Shown: in pieces, positions 19,827 through 29,504 of the stretch
Position numbering within the stretch: position 1 is the stretch's first letter
How the letters are laid out: each line of letters opens with the position of its first letter
Origin: an uncultured Methanosarcinales archaeon
Lineage (GTDB): Archaea; Halobacteriota; Methanosarcinia; Methanosarcinales; Methanosarcinaceae
Assembly (NCBI GenBank): GCA_964498825.1
Contig: CAZCKG010000001.1
Span: 1 to 52,331 of the forward strand
Length of the DNA: 52,331 nucleotides
Direction of reading: 5' to 3'
Translations under genes and position numbers: made by a program
The notes under the pieces: model-generated
Told to the model about the DNA's origin: nothing
What the model saw: only the letters and a program-made list of their open reading frames with translations
Database searches by the model: none

Positions 19827-20951
19827 ATGAGATCCATTGTGGAAGAAGCACTTGCTCGATCTGCCCTGGAAGGACGCGGCGGGCAAAAAAATTATTCAAA
19901 CTCAGATTATTCTAATGCAGATTTAGAAGTGGATGCCGAACTCGAAGAAATCCTAAGAAGCCTCAAAACAACCATCAAGGTGGTAGGCTGCGGTGGCGGC
20001 GGCTCAAACAGCATCCAGCGCATGATGGGCGAAGGAATCGAGGGAGCTGACCTTGTTGCAATAAACACCGATGCCCAGCACCTTCTTCATATACGTTCCG
20101 GCAAAAAGATTCTAATCGGGAGAAAGAAAACTCGAGGACTTGGAGCCGGTAGCCTCCCCCAGATAGGAGAAGACGCTGCAATCGAGAGTATAGATGATAT
20201 TAACAAGATTGTCGAAGGCGCAGATATGGTCTTCATAACTGCAGGCCTTGGCGGAGGAACAGGGACAGGATCAGCACCTATAGTAGCTGAGGCAGCTAGG
20301 GACGCAGGAGCCCTTACAATTGCAGTTGTCACCCTTCCATTCAGTGTGGAAGGTCACGTTCGAAGGACAAATGCCGAAGCTGGACTTGAGCGTCTGAGAG
20401 ATGTTGCAGATACTGTCATAGTGGTTCCTAATGACAAGTTGATCGAAGTCGTTCCAAGACTTCCGCTCCAGGCTGCCTTCAAAGTCTCTGACGAAGTTCT
20501 TATGAGAGCTGTAAAAGGCATAACTGAACTCATTACAAAACCAGGACTTGTGAACCTCGACTTTGCAGATATTAGAACTGTTATGCAAAACGGAGGCGTC
20601 GCAATGATAGGGCTTGGAGAGGCAGACGGCGATAACAAAGCTGTTGAGTCTGTACAGAAGGCCTTAAGAAGTCCGCTTCTGGATGTAGATATTTCAGGTG
20701 CTACTTCTGCTCTTGTTAATGTGGTTGGAGGACCTGACATGACAATTTCGGAAGCTGAGGCTGTGGTTCAGGAAGTTTACAGCCGCATAGACAGCAACGC
20801 CCGTTTGATCTGGGGCGCACAAATTGATCCTGATCTGGAACAGACAGTACGTACCATGATCGTGGTTACAGGAGTAACGTCTGCCCAGATTTATGGCCAT
20901 GGAAATGACAAAAATATCACCTTTAAATATGGAATTGATTTCGTAGAATGA
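19827..20951 (+). CDS. ftsZ: Cell division protein FtsZ (FtsZ1-type locus)
   Basis: GGGTGTG, NLDFAD; upstream of secE-spt5; GGAGG SD favours ATG 19827. Confidence 0.97.
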   Translation: MRSIVEEALARSALEGRGGQKNYSNSDYSNADLEVDAELEEILRSLKTTIKVVGCGGGGSNSIQRMMGEGIEGADLVAINTDAQHLLHIRSGKKILIGRKKTRGLGAGSLPQIGEDAAIESIDDINKIVEGADMVFITAGLGGGTGTGSAPIVAEAARDAGALTIAVVTLPFSVEGHVRRTNAEAGLERLRDVADTVIVVPNDKLIEVVPRLPLQAAFKVSDEVLMRAVKGITELITKPGLVNLDFADIRTVMQNGGVAMIGLGEADGDNKAVESVQKALRSPLLDVDISGATSALVNVVGGPDMTISEAEAVVQEVYSRIDSNARLIWGAQIDPDLEQTVRTMIVVTGVTSAQIYGHGNDKNITFKYGIDFVE

Positions 20952-21372
20952 TCAACTCAGAACAAGGGATTAAAATTCGGTTGGAAAAAATACTGTTTTC
21001 CTCCTTTTAAAGTAAAAACAAGGAGTAAGAATATAAATCCAATCGAAAACTATTTTTATGGTAAATACAGTATGGTGCCGATACGCTTCGGCATCAAAAA
21101 TGAAAGATCAACTGACACAATAATGGATTATAGAGAAAAATATAATTCGACATCTAAATCTTCTGGTGTATACTAATCCGTGGCAGTGATATCTTCATAT
21201 AATAGGAATTAATAATATAATCCGCCCGGTCCTTCCTGTAAATACAAACCTTCCTGTAATACAAGTCTGAAGATTTTCATATAAAAATCGAGAGAAGGAA
21301 GCACAAGGAAGAGCTGTGAGCGAAAGACTCAAAAGAAAAGAAATAAGTAAAGAAAACCTGGATGTGATTTGA

Positions 21373-21588
21373 TTGGTAGAATCCGCGTTTGAACTGAATG
21401 TAACTAAAAAAAGCGTTGGTCAGGCTATCCGGGAACACCTGAGAATCCTGAAACTTACAAAAAAACCGTCCAGGGAAGAATTCTTGACCATTGCCAAAGT
21501 TGCAGGTGTCGGCATTCTGGCTGTGGGAGCAATAGGATTTATTATATATGTACTGCTGACGATGTTGCCCCAGTGGGTGGCCAAATGA
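21373..21588 (+). CDS. secE: Protein translocase SecE/Sec61-gamma
   Basis: [12 protein letters not shown] plus one TM helix; synteny. Confidence 0.93.
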   Translation: MVESAFELNVTKKSVGQAIREHLRILKLTKKPSREEFLTIAKVAGVGILAVGAIGFIIYVLLTMLPQWVAK

Positions 21589-22043
21589 GTGAGGATTCCC
21601 AGATATTTGTAATCAAAACAACGGCAAACCAGGAAAAATCGGTTGCAACAGCACTTGCCAGGATTGCAAAAAAGGAGAGACTGGACATCAGAGCAATTCT
21701 AGCTCCTGAAGAGCTAAAAGGATATGTTCTTGTCGAAGCCCCTAAATCCGGAATCGTAGAACTGGCAATTCAGACTATTCCCCATGCAAGAGCAATTGTA
21801 AAAGGCAGCTCCTCAGTTGCTGAAATTGAGCACTTCCTTAAGCCGAAGCCAATAGTGACAGGTATAAAGGAAGGAGCTATTATTGAGGTCACTTCAGGAC
21901 CCTTCAAAGGGGAGAAAGCCCGGGTTAAAAGGGTTGACGAAGGGCATGAGGAAATTACTGTGGAACTGTTCGATGCTGTGGTTCCAATTCCGATTACGAT
22001 TCGTGGCGATACCGTAAGGGTGCTCAAAAAAGAAGATGAGTAA
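21585..22043 (+). CDS. spt5: Transcription elongation factor Spt5/NusG
   Basis: TTANQE, KGYVLVE, KOW motif SGPFKGE. Confidence 0.96.
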   Translation: MSEDSQIFVIKTTANQEKSVATALARIAKKERLDIRAILAPEELKGYVLVEAPKSGIVELAIQTIPHARAIVKGSSSVAEIEHFLKPKPIVTGIKEGAIIEVTSGPFKGEKARVKRVDEGHEEITVELFDAVVPIPITIRGDTVRVLKKEDE

Positions 22044-22160
22044 AGCCATATCGGATGGGAAAAAATCCAGAGAAACTCCAGCTTAATTAAATCACCAGTA
22101 CTCAGAGCAGATTGAAAGAGATCTGCAAACTTTATATGTATTAAAACCGGTGAGACTCAG

Positions 22161-22646
22161 ATGACAAGTATTGTTGAAGCACTTGTCCCCGGAGGAAAAG
22201 CGAATCCCGGACCACCATTAGGTCCGGCACTTGGTCCGCTCGGGGTCAACATAAAAGAAGTGGTCGAGAAGATCAATGAAAAAACAAGGGACTATAATGG
22301 AATGCAGGTCCCTGTGAAAGTCATAGTTGACGACAAGAAAAATGTCGAGATCGAAGTAGGTACTCCTCCGACCGCATCCCTGATAATGAAAGAGTTAGGG
22401 ATTCAGAAAGGGTCAGGAAATGCAGGAGGCGAAGTTGTTGGAAACCTCACTATCCCGCAGGTCGTGAAAATCGCCCGCATGAAGAAGGAGGATGTACTTT
22501 CCTACGATCTTAAAGCAACAATGAAAGAGGTAATGGGCACCTGTGTCCCTATGGGCGTAACCGTAGAGGGAGTGAAAGCAAGGGACTGCCAGAAAGCACT
22601 CGATGAAGGCAAATTTGATGATTTGCTTGCAGGCGAGGAATGGTAA
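22161..22646 (+). CDS. rpl11: 50S ribosomal protein uL11
   Basis: GKANPGPPLGPALGPLGVN. Confidence 0.97.
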   Translation: MTSIVEALVPGGKANPGPPLGPALGPLGVNIKEVVEKINEKTRDYNGMQVPVKVIVDDKKNVEIEVGTPPTASLIMKELGIQKGSGNAGGEVVGNLTIPQVVKIARMKKEDVLSYDLKATMKEVMGTCVPMGVTVEGVKARDCQKALDEGKFDDLLAGEEW

Positions 22647-22822
22647 GCCTTAACACCTTACCCTTTAAATCCGGAGTTTTTATTCACACCAATAGTTTTA
22701 AATTAGATACCACTAATAGCTCAAGTGCCTTGAATACCATTTAACTGAAGAAAAAAAAAGAGTTATTAGCGGCTTGCTGTTAGAATAACAGAGTCCGGAT
22801 TGACGGGAAGCCCTAAAACTAA

Positions 22823-22876
22823 CCGTAGTAAGCCGAAGAGGCTGCTTGGACGGTCAGTTCAAACACTACGGGGAGG
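22823..22876 (+). promoter_or_regulatory. Structured rpl1 5' leader (candidate autogenous control element)
   Basis: CCGTAGT pairs with ACTACGG next to the GGAGG SD; internal hairpin AGCC-GAAGA-GGCT. Confidence 0.6.
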
Positions 22877-22882
22877 AACAAG

Positions 22883-23524
22883 ATGGCAGAAAATACTATA
22901 CTGGAAGCTGTCAAGAAAGTACTTGAAGAATCGCCAAAGCGCAATTTCTCTGAAAGCGTTGACCTGGCGATTAACTTAAAGAATCTTGACATGAATCAAC
23001 CAAAGAACAGAGTCGATGAAGAAGTAATTCTTCCACACGGGCTCGGAAAAGAACTGAAGATCGGTGTTTTTGCAAAAGGTGATGTCGGCCTGAAAGCAAA
23101 GGCGGCCGGTGCTGCGTATGTTATTTCTGATGTTGAGCTCGAAGAACTGGCTGCTGACAAGAATAAAGCCAGGACTCTTGCAAACGAATGTGACCTTTTT
23201 ATCGCAGAAACCCAGTTCATGCCGATAATCGGTAAGAACCTTGGTATTGTTCTTGGACCTAGAGGGAAAATGCCTATTCCACTCTTACCTAACAAGGATG
23301 TAGGGGAATTGATCCAGAGCAAGCAAAACGCGGTCAAGCTCAGGTCAAAAGACAGGCTTACCTTCCACGTGGCTGTCGGTAGAAGGAATATGAATCCCGA
23401 TGATCTTGCCGAGAACATCGAAGCTATTGTGGCCAGACTGGAGCGTGTCCTAGATAAGGGCAAACACAACCTCAGAGCAGTCTACGTTACGACAACCATG
23501 GGGAAATCACAGAGGGTGATGTGA
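22883..23524 (+). CDS. rpl1: 50S ribosomal protein uL1
   Basis: KRNFSESVDLAINLK, LGPRGKMP, TTMGK. Confidence 0.97.
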   Translation: MAENTILEAVKKVLEESPKRNFSESVDLAINLKNLDMNQPKNRVDEEVILPHGLGKELKIGVFAKGDVGLKAKAAGAAYVISDVELEELAADKNKARTLANECDLFIAETQFMPIIGKNLGIVLGPRGKMPIPLLPNKDVGELIQSKQNAVKLRSKDRLTFHVAVGRRNMNPDDLAENIEAIVARLERVLDKGKHNLRAVYVTTTMGKSQRVM

Positions 23525-24568
23525 ATGGCAGCAGAAATGCATCACACCGAGCATGTTCCACAGTGGAAAAAGGATGAGATCGAGAACATAAAGGAACTCA
23601 TTCAGTCTCACAAGGTTTTCGGGATGGTAGGAATCGAAGGTATTCTTGCAACCAAGATCCAGAAGATTCGCCGTGACCTTAAAGACGTTGCTGTGCTTAA
23701 AGTCTCCAGAAACACCCTCACAGAGCGGGCTTTAAATCAACTCGGAGAAAGCATCCCCGAGATGAATAAATACCTTGACAAGCAGACCGCTCTGGTATTC
23801 ACCAATGAAAATCCCTTCAAGCTTTACAAGCTGCTTGAACAGACAAAAACTCCGTCTCCGATTAGAGGAGGCGCAATAGCTCCGGTGGACATTATAGTTC
23901 AGAAGGGGCCAACAAGTTTCCCGCCTGGCCCGATTCTCGGAGACCTCCAGAGCGCAGGGATTCCCGCCTCAATAGAAGCAGGGAAAGTCGCGGTAAAGGA
24001 AACGAAGGTTGTCTGTAAGGCAGGTGAGGCAGTCCCGCAGAAGCTCGCGACCATGCTTACAAAGCTGGAAATATACCCTCTTATTGTAGGACTGGACTTA
24101 AGAGCCGCCTATGATGAAGGGACTATTTACGAGCCGGAACTCCTTGCAATCGATGAAAGCCAATACTTCTCTGACATTATCAGGGCAACTCAGAATGCAT
24201 TCAATCTCTCTGTCAACACCGCATACCCGACAAGCGCAACAATCGGCACTTTGCTGGCAAAAGCCTTTGCAGAATCAAAGAACCTTGGTGTCAATGCTGT
24301 TGTGTTTGATTCAGGAGTCATGGATGCCCTGCTGGCAAAAGCTCATATCCAGATGACATCCGTTGCATCCAAAGCCGCAGATAAAGATGCAAACGCCGTA
24401 GATGACGGTTTGAGAAAAATTCTGGGGGCTGCAGCAAGCGCAGCAGCAGCCGCAGCAGCCACAACTACTGAGAAGAAAGAAGAAGTAAAGGAAGAAGAAG
24501 CAGAAGAGGAAGAAGAGGACCACGGCGAAGAAGATGGAATGGCCGGTCTTGGTGCCCTTTTCGGATAA
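23525..24568 (+). CDS. rpl10: 50S ribosomal protein uL10 (P0)
   Basis: PQWKKDE, NPFKL, GPTSFPPGP, acidic tail GLGALFG. Confidence 0.97.
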   Translation: MAAEMHHTEHVPQWKKDEIENIKELIQSHKVFGMVGIEGILATKIQKIRRDLKDVAVLKVSRNTLTERALNQLGESIPEMNKYLDKQTALVFTNENPFKLYKLLEQTKTPSPIRGGAIAPVDIIVQKGPTSFPPGPILGDLQSAGIPASIEAGKVAVKETKVVCKAGEAVPQKLATMLTKLEIYPLIVGLDLRAAYDEGTIYEPELLAIDESQYFSDIIRATQNAFNLSVNTAYPTSATIGTLLAKAFAESKNLGVNAVVFDSGVMDALLAKAHIQMTSVASKAADKDANAVDDGLRKILGAAASAAAAAAATTTEKKEEVKEEEAEEEEEDHGEEDGMAGLGALFG

Positions 24569-24604
24569 ATAAATTTACGCTAATTGAAATTTAGGTGATT
24601 AACA

Positions 24605-24916
24605 ATGGAATACATATATGCAGCTCTCTTATTGCACAACGCTGGTAAACCAATTACCGAAGAAGCAATCACTGCCGTTCTTCAGGCAGCTGGTATCGAA
24701 GTTAACGAAGCCAGGGCAAAGGCCCTTGTCGCAGCCCTTGAAGGCGTAGACATCGAAGAAGCAATCGCAAAGGCAGCATTTGCAGCTCCAGCAGCAGCAG
24801 CCGCACCCGCAGCAGCCGCACCCGCAGCAGCAGAAGCTCCTGCCGCAGAAGAAGAGGAAGAAGAAGACACCTCTGAAGAAGATGGAATGGCCGGTCTCGG
24901 CGCCCTCTTCGGATAA
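24605..24916 (+). CDS. rpl12: 50S ribosomal stalk protein P1 (L12)
   Basis: [11 protein letters not shown], Ala-rich hinge, [13 protein letters not shown]. Confidence 0.97.
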   Translation: MEYIYAALLLHNAGKPITEEAITAVLQAAGIEVNEARAKALVAALEGVDIEEAIAKAAFAAPAAAAAPAAAAPAAAEAPAAEEEEEEDTSEEDGMAGLGALFG

Positions 24917-24939
24917 ATACATATACGTAACTAATTAAA

Positions 24940-24970
24940 GCTCGTCTCATATGGCGAGCATTCTTTTTTT
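24940..24970 (+). terminator. Terminator of the ribosomal protein operon
   Basis: GCTCGTC...GGCGAGC hairpin followed by TTCTTTTTTT. Confidence 0.7.
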
Positions 24971-25220
24971 AATTCAATTTTTAAGCATTCGATAAAGCTA
25001 ATGGCTTTGCGACTACTTTTCGTTTGTATAAATTATAAATTTTGTACTCTACAGATCTAAAGAGTCAACCATTACTTTTTAAAAACCAGTCATTAAATAT
25101 ATTTATAATAATGTACTTCATATACTTTAGAATGTAAAAAAGATATAGTAAAAAACTCATAAATAAGATGAATTTATTTATAATGTAAAGGTTTTTTGCT
25201 AAAACAGATAAGCGATTCTT

Positions 25221-26213
25221 ATGTCCCGTTTTGATCCGATTCTTACATCAAAGGCTCTCTGGCAGATCAGAGTCCAAAAACGTCCTTTTGTCCTCTCCCA
25301 TGGCGTAAACACCCACTGCAATATGAAGTGCGGTTTTTGCGATTACTGGAAAAAAGGAGGAGAAGAGCCAACAAAAGAAGAGATATTCAAGTTGTTGGAT
25401 GATGCAAAAGAATTTGGGATTGGGGTATACAATGCCTGGACTGTGGAACCCCTCCTCCGGAAAGACCTGCCTCAAATTATGGCCCATGCCAAAAAACTCG
25501 GAATGATAACTTCAATGGTTACGAATGGGAAACTACTCTATGAAAGAGCTGAAGAGCTTCAAGATGTAGATTACCTTTCGGTTTCCGTAGATGGAGTAAG
25601 AAGTTATAAAGAAATTCGAAATATGGATTTTGAAACCCTGTTAAAAGGCTTAAATAAAGCTATTGAAGTCAGAAAACTCCAGAAAAAAAAGAATCCTATC
25701 CTCATGAACTGCGTACTAACGGGGAAAAATCTTGATGATGTTGAGACCCTCATTTTGCTTGCAAAAAAATTGGAAGTAAAAATCTCTTTTGAACCTGTCC
25801 ACAGATTCCCGGGGATCAGTGAGGAAGTCTGGAATGAGATAGGAATCCATGATAAGGAAAAGTTACGTAGCACAGTTGACCGCATAATCGAACTTAAAGA
25901 AGAAGGTTATCCGATTATCAATTCCAAAACCTATCTTGGAATGGTCAGAGATGAAGAGATGGACTATAGATGCAGGGCGAGTGGAATTATTATGAATGTT
26001 ATCCATGACGGCACTCTGGAAACATGCCGTGTACAGAACGAACCCCTTGGAAACGTCATATGGGATGGTTTTGAGAGTGTCTGGAGGAACTCTGAAGAGC
26101 GCAGAAAAGAAATCGTCAAAGATTGCAAAGGCTGCCTCTTTTTCGGATATACGGAGAACAGTTTGATGCAAAGCCTTAATCCTGAAGTTTTGATGAATTA
26201 TGAATGGATGTAA
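25221..26213 (+). CDS. Radical SAM protein with C-terminal SPASM/twitch-like cysteines
   Basis: CNMKCGFC, VTNG, SVSVDG, CRASG...TC...CKGC. Confidence 0.88.
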   Translation: MSRFDPILTSKALWQIRVQKRPFVLSHGVNTHCNMKCGFCDYWKKGGEEPTKEEIFKLLDDAKEFGIGVYNAWTVEPLLRKDLPQIMAHAKKLGMITSMVTNGKLLYERAEELQDVDYLSVSVDGVRSYKEIRNMDFETLLKGLNKAIEVRKLQKKKNPILMNCVLTGKNLDDVETLILLAKKLEVKISFEPVHRFPGISEEVWNEIGIHDKEKLRSTVDRIIELKEEGYPIINSKTYLGMVRDEEMDYRCRASGIIMNVIHDGTLETCRVQNEPLGNVIWDGFESVWRNSEERRKEIVKDCKGCLFFGYTENSLMQSLNPEVLMNYEWM

Positions 26214-26410
26214 CACCCGAATTCCGCTTCGGGAGCACGGGGTCTGTTTCACTCGCTTTGCTCGTTCAAGCAGACTTATTTATGGTTTAGAATCCCGAGT
26301 TGTGTCACCAGAATTGCGATTTGGGAGCACTGGGTTCTTCTCGCTCCGTTCGAAGGACTGATTTATGAGAAATAAGGTAAAATCACTTATCGCTTGCTCT
26401 AGCAGATTTA
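26214..26410. repeat. Tandem structured (two-hairpin) intergenic repeat, two full copies plus a remnant
   Basis: Units start at 26214 and 26306: CACC(C/A)GAATT..TT(C/T)GGGAGCAC..CTCGCT..GTTC..GACT(T/G)ATTTATG. Confidence 0.75.
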
Positions 26411-26789
26411 GAACCTATCCGAAAAGTCAATAAAACATGTTGTGAGAGTTATGTTAGGTCTTAATATCAAGTGTCTTTAAGATTCTGAATATTTTTCTGA
26501 TAGGTTCTTAACGAAGACAACAAAATCATGAGGTCATTGATGATCGGCACAGCTGAATTTTTGCTTATCCTTTCAGTTATCATATTACAGATTCTTCCGA
26601 TTATTGTGATATCATACTTGGTATGCAAATATCTCATTAATCGGAACAAGACAAGCGGCTATGAAGGAAAGTCTGCTTTGGATTTGGCAAAAGAAAGATA
26701 TGCTAAAGGTGAAATCACAAAAGAAGAATTTGAAGAAATAAAAAAGAATCTGATTTGACTGTCTCAAACAATATTTTTCGGATAGGCTC
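26411..26789. mobile_element. Non-autonomous IS-derived element with TIRs, enclosing a SHOCT gene
   Basis: TTA|GAACCTATCCGAAAA at 26411; TTTTCTGATAGGTTC|TTA ending 26507; TTTTCGGATAGGCTC|TTA ending 26789. Confidence 0.7.
26540..26758 (+). CDS. Small membrane protein with SHOCT domain (alternative start 26528)
   Basis: TM helix then ALDLAKERYAKGEITKEEFEEIKKNL. Confidence 0.85.
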   Translation: MIGTAEFLLILSVIILQILPIIVISYLVCKYLINRNKTSGYEGKSALDLAKERYAKGEITKEEFEEIKKNLI

Positions 26790-26940
26790 TTAGTAGGGAG
26801 TCAATTCTTAAAATTCACTTTGAAAAAAAACCAAGGTGGCTTCTAGACAAAGAAGCCAAAATCTGGGATAAAGAACTCAAAGACTTATTTTAGACCTGAA
26901 AAAAAGAATTCTAACTCAAAATACTCTTTTTATGTTCTTT

Positions 26941-28443
26941 TCAACCTGTTTTTTGCTGATCCAGCATCCTTAAAGCTTCGGCTGTAGCCCACCTGACTTC
27001 GGAGTCAGGATCACTTAAATTTTTGATCATAGGAGCCATTGCCTTTTGATCTCCGATTTTACCGAGGGCTTCGGCAGCATACCGCCTTATCCATGGATTA
27101 TCATCACCCAGAATTTCAAGAAGAGCGTCAACGGATTTTCGACTGCCTATGCTGCCAAGAGCATAAACCGCAGTAATTCGGAGTTCCGGATCCTGTTCAT
27201 TTAGCATCCCTAACAAAGCGTCAACTGCTTTTTCAGTTTTGAGGATTCCAAGAGAGTATGCCGCAGCGTTTCTTACTTCGGGACTTTTATCTTTGAGACA
27301 TTCGAGTAACGGATCTGTTGCCTGCATATCTTCCAGTTTTCCAAGAGATTCAGCAGCGCATTTTCGAATTTCAGGATCTTTATCTTCAAGTTTGCGAATA
27401 AGAGCATTAACTGATTTTTTAGCTCCTATTTTTCCAAGAGACAATATTACCTGCTTCTGAAATGCCAAAGGGCCTTTGTTCAATTTTGGAATGAGAGCCC
27501 CTTCAGCCCTTTCATCACCCAGAATTCCCAGAGAACGGGCTGCAGCTATCTTTACTTCAGAATTTTTGTCATCCAGGCTTTTGATTAAAGGTTCAATTGC
27601 CCGCATATCATTTAGATTTCCAAAAGCTTCTATAACACATGTTTTAAATATGGGATCTTTATCTGCAGCCAATCGTCTAATTAGATGTTCTACGGAGTTT
27701 TCAGTTCCTATCCTTCCAAGGATTCTGACTGCAGTTATTTTTACTCCGGGACTATTATCCTCAAGAAGGCTGAGAAGTGCATCTTCAACTTTCCGACCTC
27801 CAAATTGTCCCAGAGCTTCGGTTGCAATTTTTCGAACTTCAGGATTTTCGTCATCAAGCGCATTAATGCAGAAATCTATATCTCTGCTATTTTGTTTAGT
27901 AGGATTTGATTGATTTTCCCCCTGTTCTTCAAGAAGATTTGAAATATAGGAATACTTTTCCGAGGACGTTTTTAAACCTGAAACGTCGCTTAACAGAACC
28001 ATAGAAGAATAAACGATGGCTATAAGGGATAAGACCATTGAAACAAGAGAAAATGATAGCAAAAATTTCATTTTAGTCCCGGAAAAAGACCCAAGACTAA
28101 AGACAATTAATATCAGGCCATTAAAATAGATAGTACCGGCTGCCGTATATGATACAATCTTAAGAGTTGGTTTTATCCGGTTGGCTATCGAATTTATACT
28201 GTCTTTATTATTCTGCAAGGACAATATAAAAATGGCAATAAATACGCCATATAATGCAGCTACTGATTGCATTACTGCAGAGGGAAGCCAGAAAGTACTC
28301 TGACTTGTAGCAGAACTACCTGCACCCTCATTTCCGGAAAGGGTAAAGAAACTCAAAATTATGAGAGTAAAAATAAAGAAAACTTCCAGTTTGTAAGTTT
28401 TCAAGTTAGTCAGTTTCATTCTTAACAGACTGCTTGTACTCAA
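26941..28443 (-). CDS. Membrane-anchored HEAT (PBS lyase-like) repeat protein
   Basis: About four N-terminal TM segments, about ten 31-aa repeats of L.D....VR..AA.ALG.IG type; start uncertain. Confidence 0.88.
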   Translation of the reverse strand: MSTSSLLRMKLTNLKTYKLEVFFIFTLIILSFFTLSGNEGAGSSATSQSTFWLPSAVMQSVAALYGVFIAIFILSLQNNKDSINSIANRIKPTLKIVSYTAAGTIYFNGLILIVFSLGSFSGTKMKFLLSFSLVSMVLSLIAIVYSSMVLLSDVSGLKTSSEKYSYISNLLEEQGENQSNPTKQNSRDIDFCINALDDENPEVRKIATEALGQFGGRKVEDALLSLLEDNSPGVKITAVRILGRIGTENSVEHLIRRLAADKDPIFKTCVIEAFGNLNDMRAIEPLIKSLDDKNSEVKIAAARSLGILGDERAEGALIPKLNKGPLAFQKQVILSLGKIGAKKSVNALIRKLEDKDPEIRKCAAESLGKLEDMQATDPLLECLKDKSPEVRNAAAYSLGILKTEKAVDALLGMLNEQDPELRITAVYALGSIGSRKSVDALLEILGDDNPWIRRYAAEALGKIGDQKAMAPMIKNLSDPDSEVRWATAEALRMLDQQKTG

Positions 28444-28592
28444 ATGATTATATAAAAATTCCGCTAAACGAATCCCGGACAGACTTCTGGGAAAGAACAG
28501 TTAAAAGTTAGACTCTAATAAAAAAGAAACCAGAATTTAAAGAGAAGATATGATGGATGAATTTAGATTTTCAAACCTGTTGAAACAGCTGT

Positions 28593-29381
28593 TCACATAA
28601 TTTTTATTGTAACCTTATCTCCGCTTTTCAGGCCGAACTGGAGCGCAGCATTTCCTTTATTCACTGCAATTTCAAGAAAACCGTGGCTGCCTATAAGAAT
28701 AAGAGGTTCTTCCTTTCCGGCAAAACCGTAAGTCTGAACAAAGGAAACGGTTCTGCCATTAACTTCAACCTGCGAGCCTAAAGTGGAAAACTTAAAAATT
28801 ACATCTTCCGGAATATTGGTAATAACATTTCCGAAGCTATCCGCAAAAACAACTTCCCCTACAAGAAAAGGCCCGTCAATTCCGAAACTTCCAAAGTCGA
28901 GATCTACAAAATCTGAGATTTGAGGCCCTGCTTCTTTGATTGAGATACCTTTAGAAAGATGAGCTCCTGCAGGGGCAAAAATATCCCTACCGTGAAATGT
29001 TGCAGATACCTTCGATTTGAGCATCAGATCTTTGTTTGTGATCTCATATACTTCCATTTCTCCCAGCAGACGGGCAGCAGGGATTAGAAGCCCGTTGTCA
29101 GGGCCAACAAAAAATTGTTCCTGCTCAGGTTTTCCAGCTTTTATGGCAAGAGCTCGACGGGAAGTCCCCACTCCCGGATCGACAACGCCAATATGCACGG
29201 CCTTTGCCGGAAAATAGGGAGCCAAAGAGTAAAGAGCAAAAGCCCCTTCACGAATTGATGCCCGCCTGATAGAATGGGTTACATCAATAATCTGAGCATC
29301 CTGATTAATCCCCAGGATGACGGCTTTCATAGCTGCAGGATAAAGATCTCCAAAATCTGTGGTAAGAGAAATGATAGACAT
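28593..29381 (-). CDS. SAM hydrolase / SAM-dependent halogenase family (DUF62)
   Basis: LTTDFG, VVDPGVGT, GPDNG, TFHGRDIFAP, DSFGN. Confidence 0.92.
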   Translation of the reverse strand: MSIISLTTDFGDLYPAAMKAVILGINQDAQIIDVTHSIRRASIREGAFALYSLAPYFPAKAVHIGVVDPGVGTSRRALAIKAGKPEQEQFFVGPDNGLLIPAARLLGEMEVYEITNKDLMLKSKVSATFHGRDIFAPAGAHLSKGISIKEAGPQISDFVDLDFGSFGIDGPFLVGEVVFADSFGNVITNIPEDVIFKFSTLGSQVEVNGRTVSFVQTYGFAGKEEPLILIGSHGFLEIAVNKGNAALQFGLKSGDKVTIKIM

Positions 29382-29504
29382 GTTACTCCATTTTAACTCT
29401 ATTTTCCACCTATAAGTCAGTTTCATGGAGATCCTTAATGTTAAGTCCTGTTAATCTTAAACATAGAGGTAACTCTTTTCTAGAGAAGAGGCTGGAGATA
29501 TAAT

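Noticed and set aside
21072-21265. Hairpin TGGTGCCGA/TCGGCATCA and CCTTCCTGTAA direct repeat between ftsZ and secE as an sRNA
   Set aside because: Too little evidence; compatible with an ordinary terminator or UTR
24528-24918. Near-identical 3' ends of rpl10 and rpl12
   Set aside because: Well-known shared C-terminus of archaeal stalk proteins
26214-26410. CRISPR array
   Set aside because: Only two or three degenerate long units, no repeat-spacer pattern and no cas genes
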